A stretch of 64,000 nucleotides of DNA from Ginglymostoma cirratum (lineage: Eukaryota): assembly GCA_024137785.1 (NCBI GenBank), contig JAHRHZ010000087.1:17037205-17101204 (forward strand), written 5' to 3'. Positions 49,927 to 62,245 of the stretch are shown here, piece after piece. A program made the position numbers and the translations under genes. Below the pieces are notes generated by a model. That model had not been told where the DNA came from, ran no database searches, and was given only the letters and a program-made list of their open reading frames with translations. Each line of letters starts with the position of its first letter. Position 1 is the stretch's first letter.

Positions 49927-50289
49927 AAGCTTTCCTGCTCCTATGAGGCTGCTTGGCTTGCTGTGTTCATCCAGCTCTACACCTTGTTATCTTGTAGTTA
50001 TGTGCCCTTTTTTCCAGGAGTTTGCAAATCAGCAAAGTTATCTCAGGATAGACTATACTTGCGTGTATCTTATAGCAGAATGCCTTTTTAAGTTTTCCTA
50101 GATTAAGAATTCTAGGAACTGTTAGCCGAACGGTGGTTTATGAGGATTTAAGCATGAGATTACAATGTTGTTATAATTACTCCTGAACATTTATTGTAAG
50201 AATCAATTCTAAATTACATTATGGAATTGAATACTCTATCATTGAATATCAACACTAGTAATAATATGACTATTCAATTTAAAATGTGG

Positions 50290-50765
50290 TGGCAATTAAC
50301 ACAACTCCTGTCTCTCCAAAGCCTGCCCACCATCTAAAAGCATAAGTGAGAAGTGTGACAGAATATTCTTTATTTATCTGGATGAGTGCAGTTTCAACAA
50401 CACTTAAGAATAATGACACCATTGAGGACAAAGGTGTCCACTTGATTGGCAACCACCACCACCTCCAACACTGCGCTGCAACATTGCAACAAGCTCCTTC
50501 AACAGGACTTTTCAAATCTGTGACATCTACCACCTAGAAGGACATGGGTAGCAGATGAATAGAAGCAACAACACCTGCAACACTAAGCCACACAATATCC
50601 TGACACAGAGCTGTATAGCTGTTCCTTCTCTGTTGCTGAGTCTGAATCCTGGAACAACTTTGTAACAGAACTTTGGATGTTCAAGAAGACAGCTCACCAC
50701 CATCTTCTCAACTGCAGTTAGAAATGGGCCATAAATGTGGGCCTAGCTCATTTCCCATTGAAAAA
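50290..50765 (+). mobile_element. CR1/L2-group LINE 3' fragment
   Basis: Colinear with 29290-29830 (AAGCATAAGTGAGAAGTGTGACAGAATA...GTTCAAGAAGACAGCTCACCACCATCTTCTC). Confidence 0.75.
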
Positions 50766-51399
50766 CATACAGTTTTTAACACAATAAGCATTGTGGAGAA
50801 ATTATCTTGAAACTCTATACTATATTCTAAGTCTGTAATTTACCCTGGCATTTCCAGTACCACTGGATGTCTTTTCCACAAACTAAGAGACTGCTTCAGC
50901 TCATTCCACAGACTGCATTTATCAATACAGTACATATCTGTGTGTTGACAGGAAACTGGCTTGCATGGCAATATCTACACTCATTACTCAAATTCAGATA
51001 GTATCAGCTAAACATTATACATTTCTCCTTGACCTAAGCCTAGAATTTATTGTTTACTTTATATATCATGTGGTTCATTATCTGATGCTGTAGTTAGTAT
51101 CAGGGTGTGACATAGGATGTAACCTCATTGTTGCCTGCGTTCACACTTATTTAGGGTAGCAGGTTTTGAAACATTTTCTGCGAACAATATTTCCTTTTTA
51201 TAAATGTGCATAGTTATTTTATATATGAAGAAGATGATGATGTTCCTACTACATGAACAAAAAGGTCTTCATTTAAAATCATCCCACTAAGGCTGGCTCC
51301 TGTCTATCCCGCCACTTAGTTTGTGGAGATGTTGATAAAGAAAAAGCAAACCTCACCTTTAGATCAAATCAACAGTCAGACTTTTGCTCAACATACTTT

Positions 51400-51540
51400 T
51401 GTTTTATTCACTCATGGGATGTGGGTGTCTCTGGCGGGGTCAGCATTTATGGCAAATCTCTAGTTGCAATTGAGACAGAGGTGGTGAGCTGTCTTCTTGA
51501 ATGGCTGCAGTTCACATTTGAGAGATAGACCTACAATGTC
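51400..51540 (-). mobile_element. LINE 3' tail fragment
   Basis: TTATTCACTCATGGGATGTGGGTGTC...GTGGTGAGCTGTCTTCTTGAA. Confidence 0.7.
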
Positions 51541-52559
51541 CCTTGTCCCCTAATACCCTACCTTAGCTGTACACTTTGTACGAATACCTAATTTGTTAAC
51601 CAAGGTAAACATGTCACTGTTTCTTGCAAACTTAGTCAAAAAACATATTTGGTTAATCTCTTCTGGCATCTATCTCTAGCATTACCAGGAATGTTGGGCT
51701 CTAAGCAACTGTTACATGAATGGGTGTTAAAATCATGTTGAGAACTGAATTACAATTATTAATGGATCTCCATGAATCTCTGAAAGAATACTGGAGGGAA
51801 TTTTAACCCAAAGCATGGGCTGGTTCTCATTCAGCAAGAACAAAAAGGTTGTTCAATTTTGAGGTGTGTTTGGCTCATGCAAGGTGTCTGGTTGTCAGAC
51901 GCAGGTTGAACATTATCACAAATGTATGAGGTGTATTTGAAGAGATTTCAATGGGGTCTTGAATTCAATGCTTTCAGCACTAGTTTCACGAGTGGAATGA
52001 CAGCAAATTGGAGTAGCATTTTATGGGAGTGTTTAGAGTGCAGATTGCCCAATATGAATAAAAGCCAATGCTTTCAGCTGCTTTTCAGTTCCCTTTGGCA
52101 AAGAATTAGCAGGAGATTTTTCTGATATGAGATATGTTTCAGATGCTTGGAAGTTTTTTAATGGGCATCAAACGCTTTCAATAGTACAACTCAACATTCA
52201 ATCAAAAATGTTTAAAGAAAATTATACTCACAATCCACCATAAGTTCTTTAGAATGCCTTGTCACACCCTTTAAGGAGTATTGTATTAGATAGTAGGCAT
52301 GTTTCAGAAATTTGGAACTTTTCAATGGACATCAGGATAGAGGCGTCATATATGTTTTTGATTGGACATTAAACCACAAAGACAATCATATCCATGTCAA
52401 CAAGACAATGTTGTGATAGGACCTGCAAGTATACAAGAGAGAATTAGAGAACAGAAAAGCACATCATATAGATCTGGTGAAAAGCAGAAAAAGAACAGAG
52501 TGGAGAATAATAGAAGAGAGTAATTGAGTAGCTAAAGTTGCAGACAGCACTAGTCATAT

Positions 52560-53560
52560 AACAGGATTTAAAAAGAGCCTCAGATTCCTTGACCTATTTG
52601 AAAAGTGATGGTCAGCATGCTCAGATGACATTTCAGGTGGCTACAAATGTTGACTTTATCCTGCAAGACGAGTTATTCTCTGTAGAATCTGGCAGTGAAG
52701 CTTTGCCCAAAACTCTGAAAGTCACCATTGCCTCAAATTATTTTGTTTTTGGCTACTTCCAGTACACAGACAAATGATAATCATTAGAAAGAAGAGTCTG
52801 TCAGATTCCAACAGATATATGGTGCCACTGATTGCATGTACATAGTGATATGAGAACAATCATGAGCTTTTTATCATTCAATCAACGTACTGTCAGTTTA
52901 CAATCACAAGATTGGTTCATACAAATTTTATGGCAAGTACTTGGGCCAGTACTAATTTATTACTGTCCCAGACTGGATACTTCAGTTTGTAAAGCTCACT
53001 AAGAAGGCATGAACTGGCTCCCCTTCTTTATTGACCAATCTCCTCAGCTGGACACAAAGATGTTGATTAAAAAGACCCCTTTCTTCCAGACTCAATTTGT
53101 TGACATTTTAAAAGGAACCAATTTTGTTACATTTTTTGAATGAACTAAACAATGAATTTATCAGTGACTAAATGTGAAAAGAAGTAATAATGAAATGCCA
53201 AACACACAAATTCGCAATTAGAAGAGAATCCAAAAAAACAATAAAAATAAATGTACAGCTCAGTCACTGAGCCTAGTGACGAGTAGATGATGGTGCATTG
53301 CAGCCATTACTTTGGGTGGATTCTCCCATCCAGACGGTAGGACATTTATTGTGCAGGGTTTGACTTGGAGTAACAGGCTGAGGTGGATTTGAACTTCACG
53401 GATCTGGAGGCATATTTAGGACTTGCCAGCAACTACTTGATCAGAATAATAGTGGCGTGCTGAGTCCCCACAGAGTGCGGCAGACAGGATTAGAGGTGTA
53501 AGATGACAAAGCCTTAATCAAAATTCCTTTGTTGATGCGAATGTTTAAAAGAAGAATGAG
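52560..53560 (+). pseudogene. Harbinger (HARBI1-like) transposase remnant
   Basis: ORF 52589-52777 ALPKTLKVTIASNYFVFGYFQ (cf. ALPVAVKVTxALNFFASGSFQ); IYGATDCMYIVI (cf. GAIDCTHV); YHSINV; DGALQ; IRIIVAC*V. Confidence 0.7.
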
Positions 53561-54939
53561 GATGATGAGCAATATGAAGGTGGGGTTCTCATCTCCAGAC
53601 CAGCCACATTTATTGCTGCCTGATATGTCTGAAAGTTCAGCTGGTGACTCATGCAGGAAGTAGGAAACAAAATGCTCCAGCCTGATCCCACTACCTCCAC
53701 CAGTAAATCCTCTACCCTTGACATAAAAATAGTCCTTCAATTAGCAAGATAGTGAGTGCAAATTGATTCTGTCCTGCATTGTCATTGTTAATAAAGCAAC
53801 CGAAAAGACAAGTTGGCATTAAGGGTGCAATAATTGGCATTAATTAGAAAGATAGGGTGAAGCTAAAAATCTAAGCATCATTAAAAAATGTGTTTGTACA
53901 ACATAACATGACGTACATATGCTTGGTGAATTGCAATAGCTTTCTTTCACATTTCCAATAAGTTCAACCTCATACATCATTTGTAGTTTCAGCAAAGGCA
54001 TAGGCAAGATGCTCAGATCCCTTAACACACTGCCAAAATGCTTTTGGCCTGTGTCTTCTGGATTTTGGAGCCCCTGAGGATCCCACCAAAGACTGCTCTA
54101 CCTGTACCTCTGCAGAGGATCTCACGCATCAAGAGATGAAGCAGCATTTCAAGTATTGGATGAAGTTGAGGGTTGCAAAGTGTGGAAAGTGGGAGCACTT
54201 TGAGCTTCTACTTATTTTTCATCACCATCCCTCTATCAACACATCATGACTACCATTTTGTCGAAGATGATCTTGATTTACAGCTGTGATATGTAAGGCC
54301 ATGGATGAGAAATTATCTAAGACAGCTGAAACCCCCTACAGTCCTGTGGTCTTGGCCTGCATAGATTCTTTTGACAACTCTGCATGAAATTCTGCCAAGG
54401 TGACAACCACCACCAATTGTCACAAATGTAATCCATTAATATTAAAGTTGGGCTTCTCAATCCCCTATGCTATGGTGGATAATGTGTATGATATTTCAGT
54501 CAGCATCTTGTAATATTGCTCTTGTATCTCTTTCATTCTCCTTCTCAAAAATGATCAATATCTGTTCGTGGTTACCTATGAGTTTGGCTCACAATGTAAA
54601 AATAATCATCAGACAAAGTAAAATGCAAATATTGGTGTTGGTGCACTGTTATACATTTTGGTGCACACTCAAAAGGGATGTGTGTTTAGGAGTCATCGTT
54701 ATCCATGCCCAGAGACTGTTACTCTAATAAGTCCGGGCCCTGGAAGGGCAAAGAAGCATGAATTAGTTGGGGTAGACTTCTGAGTTTATTGTGTCAAAAC
54801 TAAAGGCTGTTAAAATTTTATTGGATGCAAGGAATGAAGTGATGGTGTATACTTGACAAAACAGAGGGATGGAGAGATATTTGTCCATCACAGGATGTTG
54901 TTGAACCAACTATTGTAGCCATATTTCCTGATCCATTTC

Positions 54940-55237
54940 AAAGAATCCCTACAGTGTGGAAACAGGCCCTCCAGCCCAACAAGTCCACGCCGAACCACAG
55001 AGCATCCCACCCAGACCCATCCCCCTATAATCCACCTAATCTACACATCCCTGAACAATACAGGCAATTTAGCACTACCAATCCACCTAAACTGCACATC
55101 TTTGGACTGTGGGAGGAAACCGGAGTACCCGGAGGAAACCCACACAGACACAGGGAGAATATGCAAAATCCCAAGGCTGGAATCAAACCTGGGTCCCTGG
55201 CACTGTGAGGCAGCAGTGCTAACCACTGTACCACCCA
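54940..55237 (-). mobile_element. HE1-type SINE
   Basis: Reverse complement of near full-length HE1. Confidence 0.92.
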
Positions 55238-56049
55238 TTTTTGTTCATCAAACCACTTCCTGGACTACATGGCTGGTGCAAAAATTCAACTTCAACCATT
55301 CATTCTTGGTGACAGCAAAAGATTTCTTCTTCCCACTGTTGGGGAAATTAACTCCTTATTTCTCCTAACTGCAGCCAGCAGGAAGTCAAGGGCTGCACAA
55401 TTAAATCTGGGTGTTGACCTTGTTTATTCTGGAAACATATTTATCAACTATCACCATCTTCTTCCAAAACTTTTTAGCTGCTCCAAATTCCTTTTTTTCC
55501 ATTGGCTCTTTAAATATTCAGTTGGAAATTTTATTGCAGGCCTTGTGAGCAGCTCAGAAAACATAGAATGAAAAATTGAATGAGGTGATAACTTTAAAAT
55601 TGGAGATCCAACCCACTACTTTTTGCTCCGTGTTTTTTGCACACAATTAAATCATGGCTAAAAGCTCACCTTATTGACTTTATTTGATCTTGATCTCACA
55701 CTACAAATCTTCGAGTTGGAGTTGGTGCCAATCTCATTCAATTAACTCATTACAGATCTGATATTTCATGCTTTTGATCATATAACACAATAATTTTATT
55801 TCAATTGGAAAATCAACTTCATTCCCTCTTTCCAATCCCTCTCTACTGTTAGGGAGGAAAATGCCAATTGTACAAAACTGTTAATCTACAAATGATGCGA
55901 ATTATTCAAATTATGTGTCCTCCATCATGGTAATAGAATAACTTACCTGAGAAAATGTAGCCCTGCAATTGGTAGGATGAATACAATCAATAAATATTAT
56001 AAGAGGTCAATGAAAGAACACAATGTTTAACCATTGAATATGCCTATAT

Positions 56050-56670
56050 GGCATAGGAAGTAGGCTATTCAGTCTATCAACTGATCCACAATTCAATGAG
56101 ATTATGGCTGATCTGATAATCCTCAAATCCACATTCCTGCCTTTTCTCCATAAACCTTGATTTACATAATGATTAAAAAATTGTCTATATGAGCTTTGAT
56201 TACATTAAATGACCCTACCAAATTAGCTCACCACGGTAAAGAATTCCACAAAATGACTACCATCTGAAAGAAGAAATTTCTTCTCTTCTCTCTCTTAAAT
56301 GCGTAACCTTATACTCTGAGATCATGCCTTCTGGTCCTAGACTCTCCTACAAGAGGAAACAACTTTTCCCCATCTACCCAGTCAAGTTTCCCCAGAGTCT
56401 TGTAAATTTCAATAATGCCACATCTCATTCTTCTAAACTCCAATGAGCACAGGTCCAACCTACTCATAAGACAATCCCTCCATACTAGGTATCAGCCTGA
56501 TAAACCTTCTCTGGACTGCATCCAATTCCAGTATATCTTTTCTGAGACAGAGGCTCAGAACTGCTCACAGTTTTCCAGATGTGGTCTGACTAGTGCTTTG
56601 TACAGTTTTAGCAAGACTTCCCTACTTTTATATCCCTCTACCTTTCAAATAAAGGCCAATATTCTTGAAA
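56050..56670 (-). mobile_element. CR1 3' fragment
   Basis: Colinear with 13710-14330 (antisense frame QNCSQFSRCGLTSALYS; CR1 3' UTR). Confidence 0.85.
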
Positions 56671-57446
56671 TGCTTACAAACTATCCACTGGAAAAATGTT
56701 GTATATTATATATTAAACTCAGAGATTTACACCAGAAACTTGTAATTTTGGCCAAATCCAGACATGTAATTGCTATGGTAGAAAGTTTGATCATAAGAAA
56801 TAGGAGTAGAAGTAGGCCGTTCTGCCGCCTATGCCTACGCCATCATTCAATTGGATCATGGCTAATCCGACATTCCTCACCTCCACTTTCCTGCCCTTTC
56901 CCCATAATTTTTGATTCCCCTACTGCTCGAGAATCTATCTATCTCATCCTTAAATAACCACAAGGACTCTGACCCCAGGCTTGGGAATTCTGCTCTCTGT
57001 GATAAGGAGTTCCAAAGACTCAAAACCTCCTGACAGAAGAAATTCCTTCTCTTCTCAGTTTTAAATTGGTGCCCCTTTATTCTGAGACTATGCCCTCCAG
57101 TCCGAGATTCTCCCACGAGAGGTAACATCCTCTCAGCAATTACTTTATCAAGCCCCTTAAGAAATCCTATATGTTTCAATGAAATCACCTCTCATTCTTC
57201 TAAACTTCATCAAGTATAGTCCCAATCTGTTTATCTTTTGCTCATAAGACTATCCCTCCATATCCGGGATAATCCTAGTGAACCTCCTCCTAACCACCTC
57301 CAGTAAAATGATATGTTTCCTTAAATAAGGAGACCAAACTGCTCACTATACTCCAGCTTTGATCTCACCAGCACTTTGTACAGTTGCAGTAAGACTTCAC
57401 TACTCCTATACTACAACACCCTTGAAATAAGGGCCAGCATTCAATC

Positions 57447-57657
57447 CAGAAATAGTAAGAACTGCCAATGCTGGAGTCAGAGATAACACAGTGTGGAGCT
57501 GGAGGAACACAGCAGGCCAGGCAACATCAGAGGAGCAGAAAAGCTGATGTTTCAGGTGGGGACCCTGAAGAAGGGACCCAATCCAAAACGTCAGCTTTCC
57601 TGCTCCTCTGATGCTGCCTGGCCTGCTGTGTTCCTCCAGCTCCACATTGTGTTATCC
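57447..57657 (-). mobile_element. Head-to-head palindromic hammerhead mini-element (same variant as 22540) nested in CR1
   Basis: Inverted arms; core CTGAAGAAGGGACCCAATCCAAAACGTC; TSD-like CCAGCATTCAAT / CCAGTATTCCAT; tail on the left arm only. Confidence 0.88.
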
Positions 57658-59014
57658 CCAGTATTCCATTTGCCTTCCTGATTACCTGCTGCACCTGTGT
57701 GCTAGTTTTCTGTGTTTCATGGGTAAGTATATCCAAGTCCCCTTGTGTTAAAGGTTTCTGAAGGTTTTCTCCATTTAAATAATATTCTGTTCTTTTGTTC
57801 TCACTTCCAAAATGGAACAGCTTCATGTTTTCCCACATTATACTCCATTTGCCAACTTTTTGCCCACTTGCTTAACCTGAAAGTGTGTCTGTAAACTGTT
57901 CATATCCCTCTCACAACCTGCTTTTTGACTTGTTTTTGTATCATCTACAAATTTGGCCACAGTACATTCACACCTTTCCTCCATGTCATTAGTATATATA
58001 TATATATATCAGAAACCATTGCAGTCCCAGTACTGAATCCTGTGAAACCCCACTGGCCACAGGTTGCCAACTTGAAAAAGAACTCCTTATCCCCACTCAC
58101 TGTTTCCTGCCCGTGAGACAATTGTCTATCCATACCAATTTACTAACTCCAACACAGTGGACTCTTATCATATGATGTAACCTTTTGTGAGGTACTTTGT
58201 CGAACACTTTCTGGAAGTCTAAATACAACACATCTACTGGTTCCCCTCTACCTACTCTGGTTGAGACTTCCTCGAAAAATTCTAATAAATTAGTCAGAAA
58301 TTATTTCCTTTTCATGAAGCCATGCTGACTCTACTTGATTAGATTATGATTTTCCAGATGTTACTTCCTTAATACTTCGTTTTACTTCCTTAATAATTGA
58401 TTCCAACATTTTCTACAATAGATGTTCGGCCTATAGTTATTTGCCTTTTGCCTTCCTCCTGTTTTGAACAGGGTTGTCACATTGGCAATTTTCCAATTCT
58501 CCAGTACTTCTCCAGAATCAAGGACTTCTGGAAAATTAGAACCAATCCATCCACTATCTCTGTCACTACCTCTGTTAGCATTCTAGGATTCAAGTCATCA
58601 GGACCAAATGACCAATCTATCTTTAGCCCATTAGTTTGTCTAATATTACTTTGATTTTGATGGTGATGGTACTTAATTCCTCTCCTGTATTCTTTAGTTT
58701 TAGTGGGATGTTTGAAGTATCTTTCACTGTAAAAACTGATGCAAAGTATCTATTTAACTCTTCTGCTGTTTTCTTGTTCACCACAACCATATCTACAGAT
58801 TCATTTTGTAAGTGGCCTCTGTTCATTTTGACCTAACTCTTCCTTTTTATTTATTCAAATTTTTCTGTCCTCTTTTGCTGGATTCTGAATTTATCCTGGT
58901 CTTCGGAGTTATCTCTGACTTTTGCATCTTATACGCTTTTTCTTTCAATTTACTACTGTCCTCAATTTCCTTGGGTAGATATGATTGATTTATCTCTCTC
59001 TTAGAATCTTTCTT

Positions 59015-59350
59015 TTTTATTTATGGGATGTGGGTGTCATTGACTAGGCCAGCATTTATTGCCCATCCCTAATTACCCAGAGGCTAGTCAAGAATCAACC
59101 ACTTTACTGGACTCACAGGTAGGCCAGGTAAGAATGGCAGTTTCATTCCCTAAAGGATATTAATGAGCCAGATGGGTTTTTCCGACAATTGACAATAGAT
59201 TCATGATCATCATTAGACTCTTAATTTCAGATACTTATTGAACTCAAATTCTACCATCTATTATGGTAGGATTCGAACCCTGGGTCCCAGATCATTACCC
59301 AGGTCTCCAGATTAACAGCTGAGTGATAATACCACTGGCCATTGCCTCCT
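59015..59350 (-). mobile_element. tRNA-derived SINE with LINE-shared tail, nested in CR1
   Basis: Same family as 43500; B box GGTTCGAATCC on the minus strand. Confidence 0.88.
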
Positions 59351-60748
59351 TACTGGAATGTATTTTTACTGAGAATCATGAATAACCTGCTTTCATGTCT
59401 GTCGCTGATTACTTACTGTCATTCCTGCTAATCTGTTTGTCCAGTTCTCTTTAGCCAACTCTATCTTCATTTCATTGTAATTTCCTTTATTTAAATTAAA
59501 CATAGTTGTTTCTGACCCAACTTTCTCACTCTTGAACTGAATATTAAATTCTATCATGTTATGATCACTACTTCCTTTGGGGATCTTTTACTCTGAGGTC
59601 ATTTATTAAACCTGCCCCTTTACCCATTACCAGATCCAAGGTAGCCTGCTTCCTAGTGGGTCTATGACATAATGCTGCAGGAAACTGTCCCTTATGCACT
59701 CAATGACTTCATTGTCAGTGCTACCCTTTCCAATTTGATTAACTAAATCATATGAAGATTAAAGCCACCAATTATTATTGCTCTATTCTTTTTACATGAT
59801 CCTATTATTTGTTGATTTTATAGTCTTCCCTATATCATGGTTACTGTTTGGGGTCTTATATACTGCACCAATCAATGTCTTCTTTCCCTTGTTGCATTTT
59901 AGCGCTGCCCTCCAAGCCTAGTTCATTTCTCATAACTGTCCTCATTTCATTTTTTATTAACAATGCTAGCCCACTACCTTTTCCATCCCTCCTGTCTTTC
60001 TGAAAGATCAATATTGTTGAATGTTAAGTTCTCAGTTTTGATTTCTTCGTAATCATGTTTCTGTAATGATTGTGAGATGATCTGTAATGATGGTGAGATG
60101 ATCTATAGTTACCTCAATTTGTGCTGTCAGTTCATCTACCTTATTCTGAATGCTTTGTGCATTAAGATATGCAGTTTTTAAGTTTTTTGTATCATCAAAT
60201 TTCCCCACATGTTTATGGTTCCTTGTTGCGATGTAATATTCACACATTCTGTCCCTTCTTTTTATTTTCTGGTAACAATCAGTCCAACACTAACCTGCAA
60301 TTCTACCTTCTCCTTTACCTTAGATTTTCTGATGATTCATATAACTAAACAGCCCCTTCCCACCTCATTGTTAAGTTTAAAGCCCTATCTACAGCCCTAG
60401 TTATGCAATTCACGAGGACTCTGGTCCCAGCATGGTTGAGGTGGAGTCCATCCCATCAGAACAGCTCCCTCCTTCTCCAGTACTGGTGACAATGATCAAT
60501 GAATTTGAATGTATGTCTCCTACACCATTCTTTGAGCCACATGTTTACCTCTTTACCGTGTTGACCCTGCGCCAATTATCTCATAGGTCAGGTAGTAATT
60601 TGGAGATTATTGCCTTTTTCATTCTGCTTTTCAGTTTAGCCCCTATCTGGTAATATTCCCTCAGCAGAACCACTTTCCTTGTTTTACCTATATTATTGAT
60701 GCCTACATGGTCCACAACAATTGGATCTTTCCCCTCCCATTCGGCACT

Positions 60749-61070
60749 TGGGGCGGCACAAGTTGTTCAGTGGTTAGCACTGCTGCCTCACAGCGCAGGT
60801 GACCCGAGCTCAATTCCAGCCTCGGGCGACTGTCTGTGTGGAGCTTGCATATTCTCCCTGTGTCTGTGCGGGTTTCCTCTGGTTTCCTCTCACAGTCCAA
60901 AAGTGCGCACATTAGGTGCTAAATTGCCTATAGTGTCCAGGGACATGCAGGCTAGGTCAATTAGCCATGGGAAATGCTGGGTTATGGGAATATGATGGGG
61001 GTGTGAGTTTGATTGGGAGGCTGCTTGGAATGTCATGTGGACTTGATGGGCTGAATTGGATTCTATGATT
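60749..61070 (+). mobile_element. HE1-type SINE nested in CR1 ORF1
   Basis: GGGCGGCAC...TCAGTGGTTAGCACTGCTGCCTCACAGCGC...GATTCTATGATTC. Confidence 0.9.
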
Positions 61071-62139
61071 CACTCCAAGTTCCTCTGCACTCCAGATGAG
61101 ATATCCTGAAGCTGGACACCAGACAGACAACACAGCCTTCGGGATTCTTGATCCAGGCCACAGAGAACATTGCCTATTCTCCTGGCTATACTATCCTCCA
61201 TTATAACATCACTCCTCTTTTCTCTCTCTTCTTGAATGGGTCCTCGTACCATGGTATTATGGTCAGTTTGCTCATCATCCCTACAGCCCCTTCTCTCAAC
61301 CACTAGGGAGCAAGAATCTCAAATTGTTTGACAAGCTCAAGGGCAGAGACTCCTACAGCACTACCTCCTGAGTCCATCTATCCGTCTCCCTCATCGATAT
61401 ACCCTCCTGTCCCTGACTATTGACCAAATTTGAGATGGTTATTCTGGCAGGTGTGACTGATTCCTGAAATGCAGTGTCCATGTAACTCTACCCCTCCCTG
61501 ATGTGTTACAGTGTTTGAAACTTGGGTTCCAACTCATCTAATCCAAGCCAGAGCTCCTCAAACAATGAACACTTACTATAGATGTAGTCACCAATGAACT
61601 ACAATGGGGTCCCTCTGGATCCCACATTATGCAGATACAATCCTTTGCCTGACAGTGCATCTCTGTTTTATTTTTTTTTTAAGATGTCTTACTGGACTTT
61701 TAGTTCTTTTATCTGTAAAATACTTCTTCTATTTACCCTTATTCTGAAATCAACTTATAATGGATGGTCAAGTTAGCAGCTATTACCAAGCAATGAACTT
61801 ATGGTTTTCCTACGATGTCATTTTTTTGTTTTGCATTGGGCCCCGATCCTGGGTTTCAATTTATCCTTACAAACTATGAGCCAAAAAGCAGAAAGCATGT
61901 TTGTTTCTCTGCACAGCATTCCCACAGATTCCAAGATCTCAGGAATATATATTCACCGAGGTTGTGTCTCACTCTGGATGTGATATCTCCTTCCTGATCA
62001 TGTGAAGCTGACTGATCTTGAAATTGGAATGAAATATTCCTACCATTTTATATATTGTTTAAGTATACATACCCATAATAGGTGCACGTATATTGGAAGA
62101 TGCAAAAAAATGGGGAGCAAGTAGATCTTACCCTGAATC

Positions 62140-62245
62140 AATCAGAGTCTGCTAATGAAAATTTATTAACCTGAAACCATAACTGTTTGTCTCTCTACAA
62201 ATGCTATCTGAATTTCTGAGTATTGCCTACACTTATTGCTTTTAA
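62140..62245 (+). mobile_element. Very decayed PLE terminus
   Basis: CTAATGAA...CCTGAAACCATAACTG...CTCTCTACAAATGCT...CTGAGTATT. Confidence 0.4.

Larger units (their letters stand above)
49298..49989 (-). mobile_element. Head-to-head palindromic hammerhead mini-element, family A, spanning the assembly gap; 12-bp TSD
   Basis: TCTTGTAGTTAT at 49284-49295 and 49990-50001; antisense core 49400-49427; sense cores 49441-49468 and 49899-49926. Confidence 0.88.
56790..61660 (-). mobile_element. Near full-length decayed CR1 LINE (ORF1 esterase, ORF2 APE + RT) with three nested insertions
   Basis: ORF1 VIMEDSIARRIGNVLCGLDQESRRLCCLSG (SGNH-like GDSIVR); APE YLNAQSIQNKVDEL...ITET; AEELNRYFASVFT; CR1 C-terminus and 3' UTR near 56800. 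Confidence 0.9.

Noticed and set aside
49398-49946. Long ORFs of 145-182 aa
   Set aside because: Artefacts of translating through the 400-N gap
1-57660. Recurrent palindromic GGGTCTAGGCCCGAAAC-type repeats as a CRISPR array or REP elements
   Set aside because: Copies are dispersed over kilobases with TSDs and no regular spacers or cas genes; the context is vertebrate retroelements
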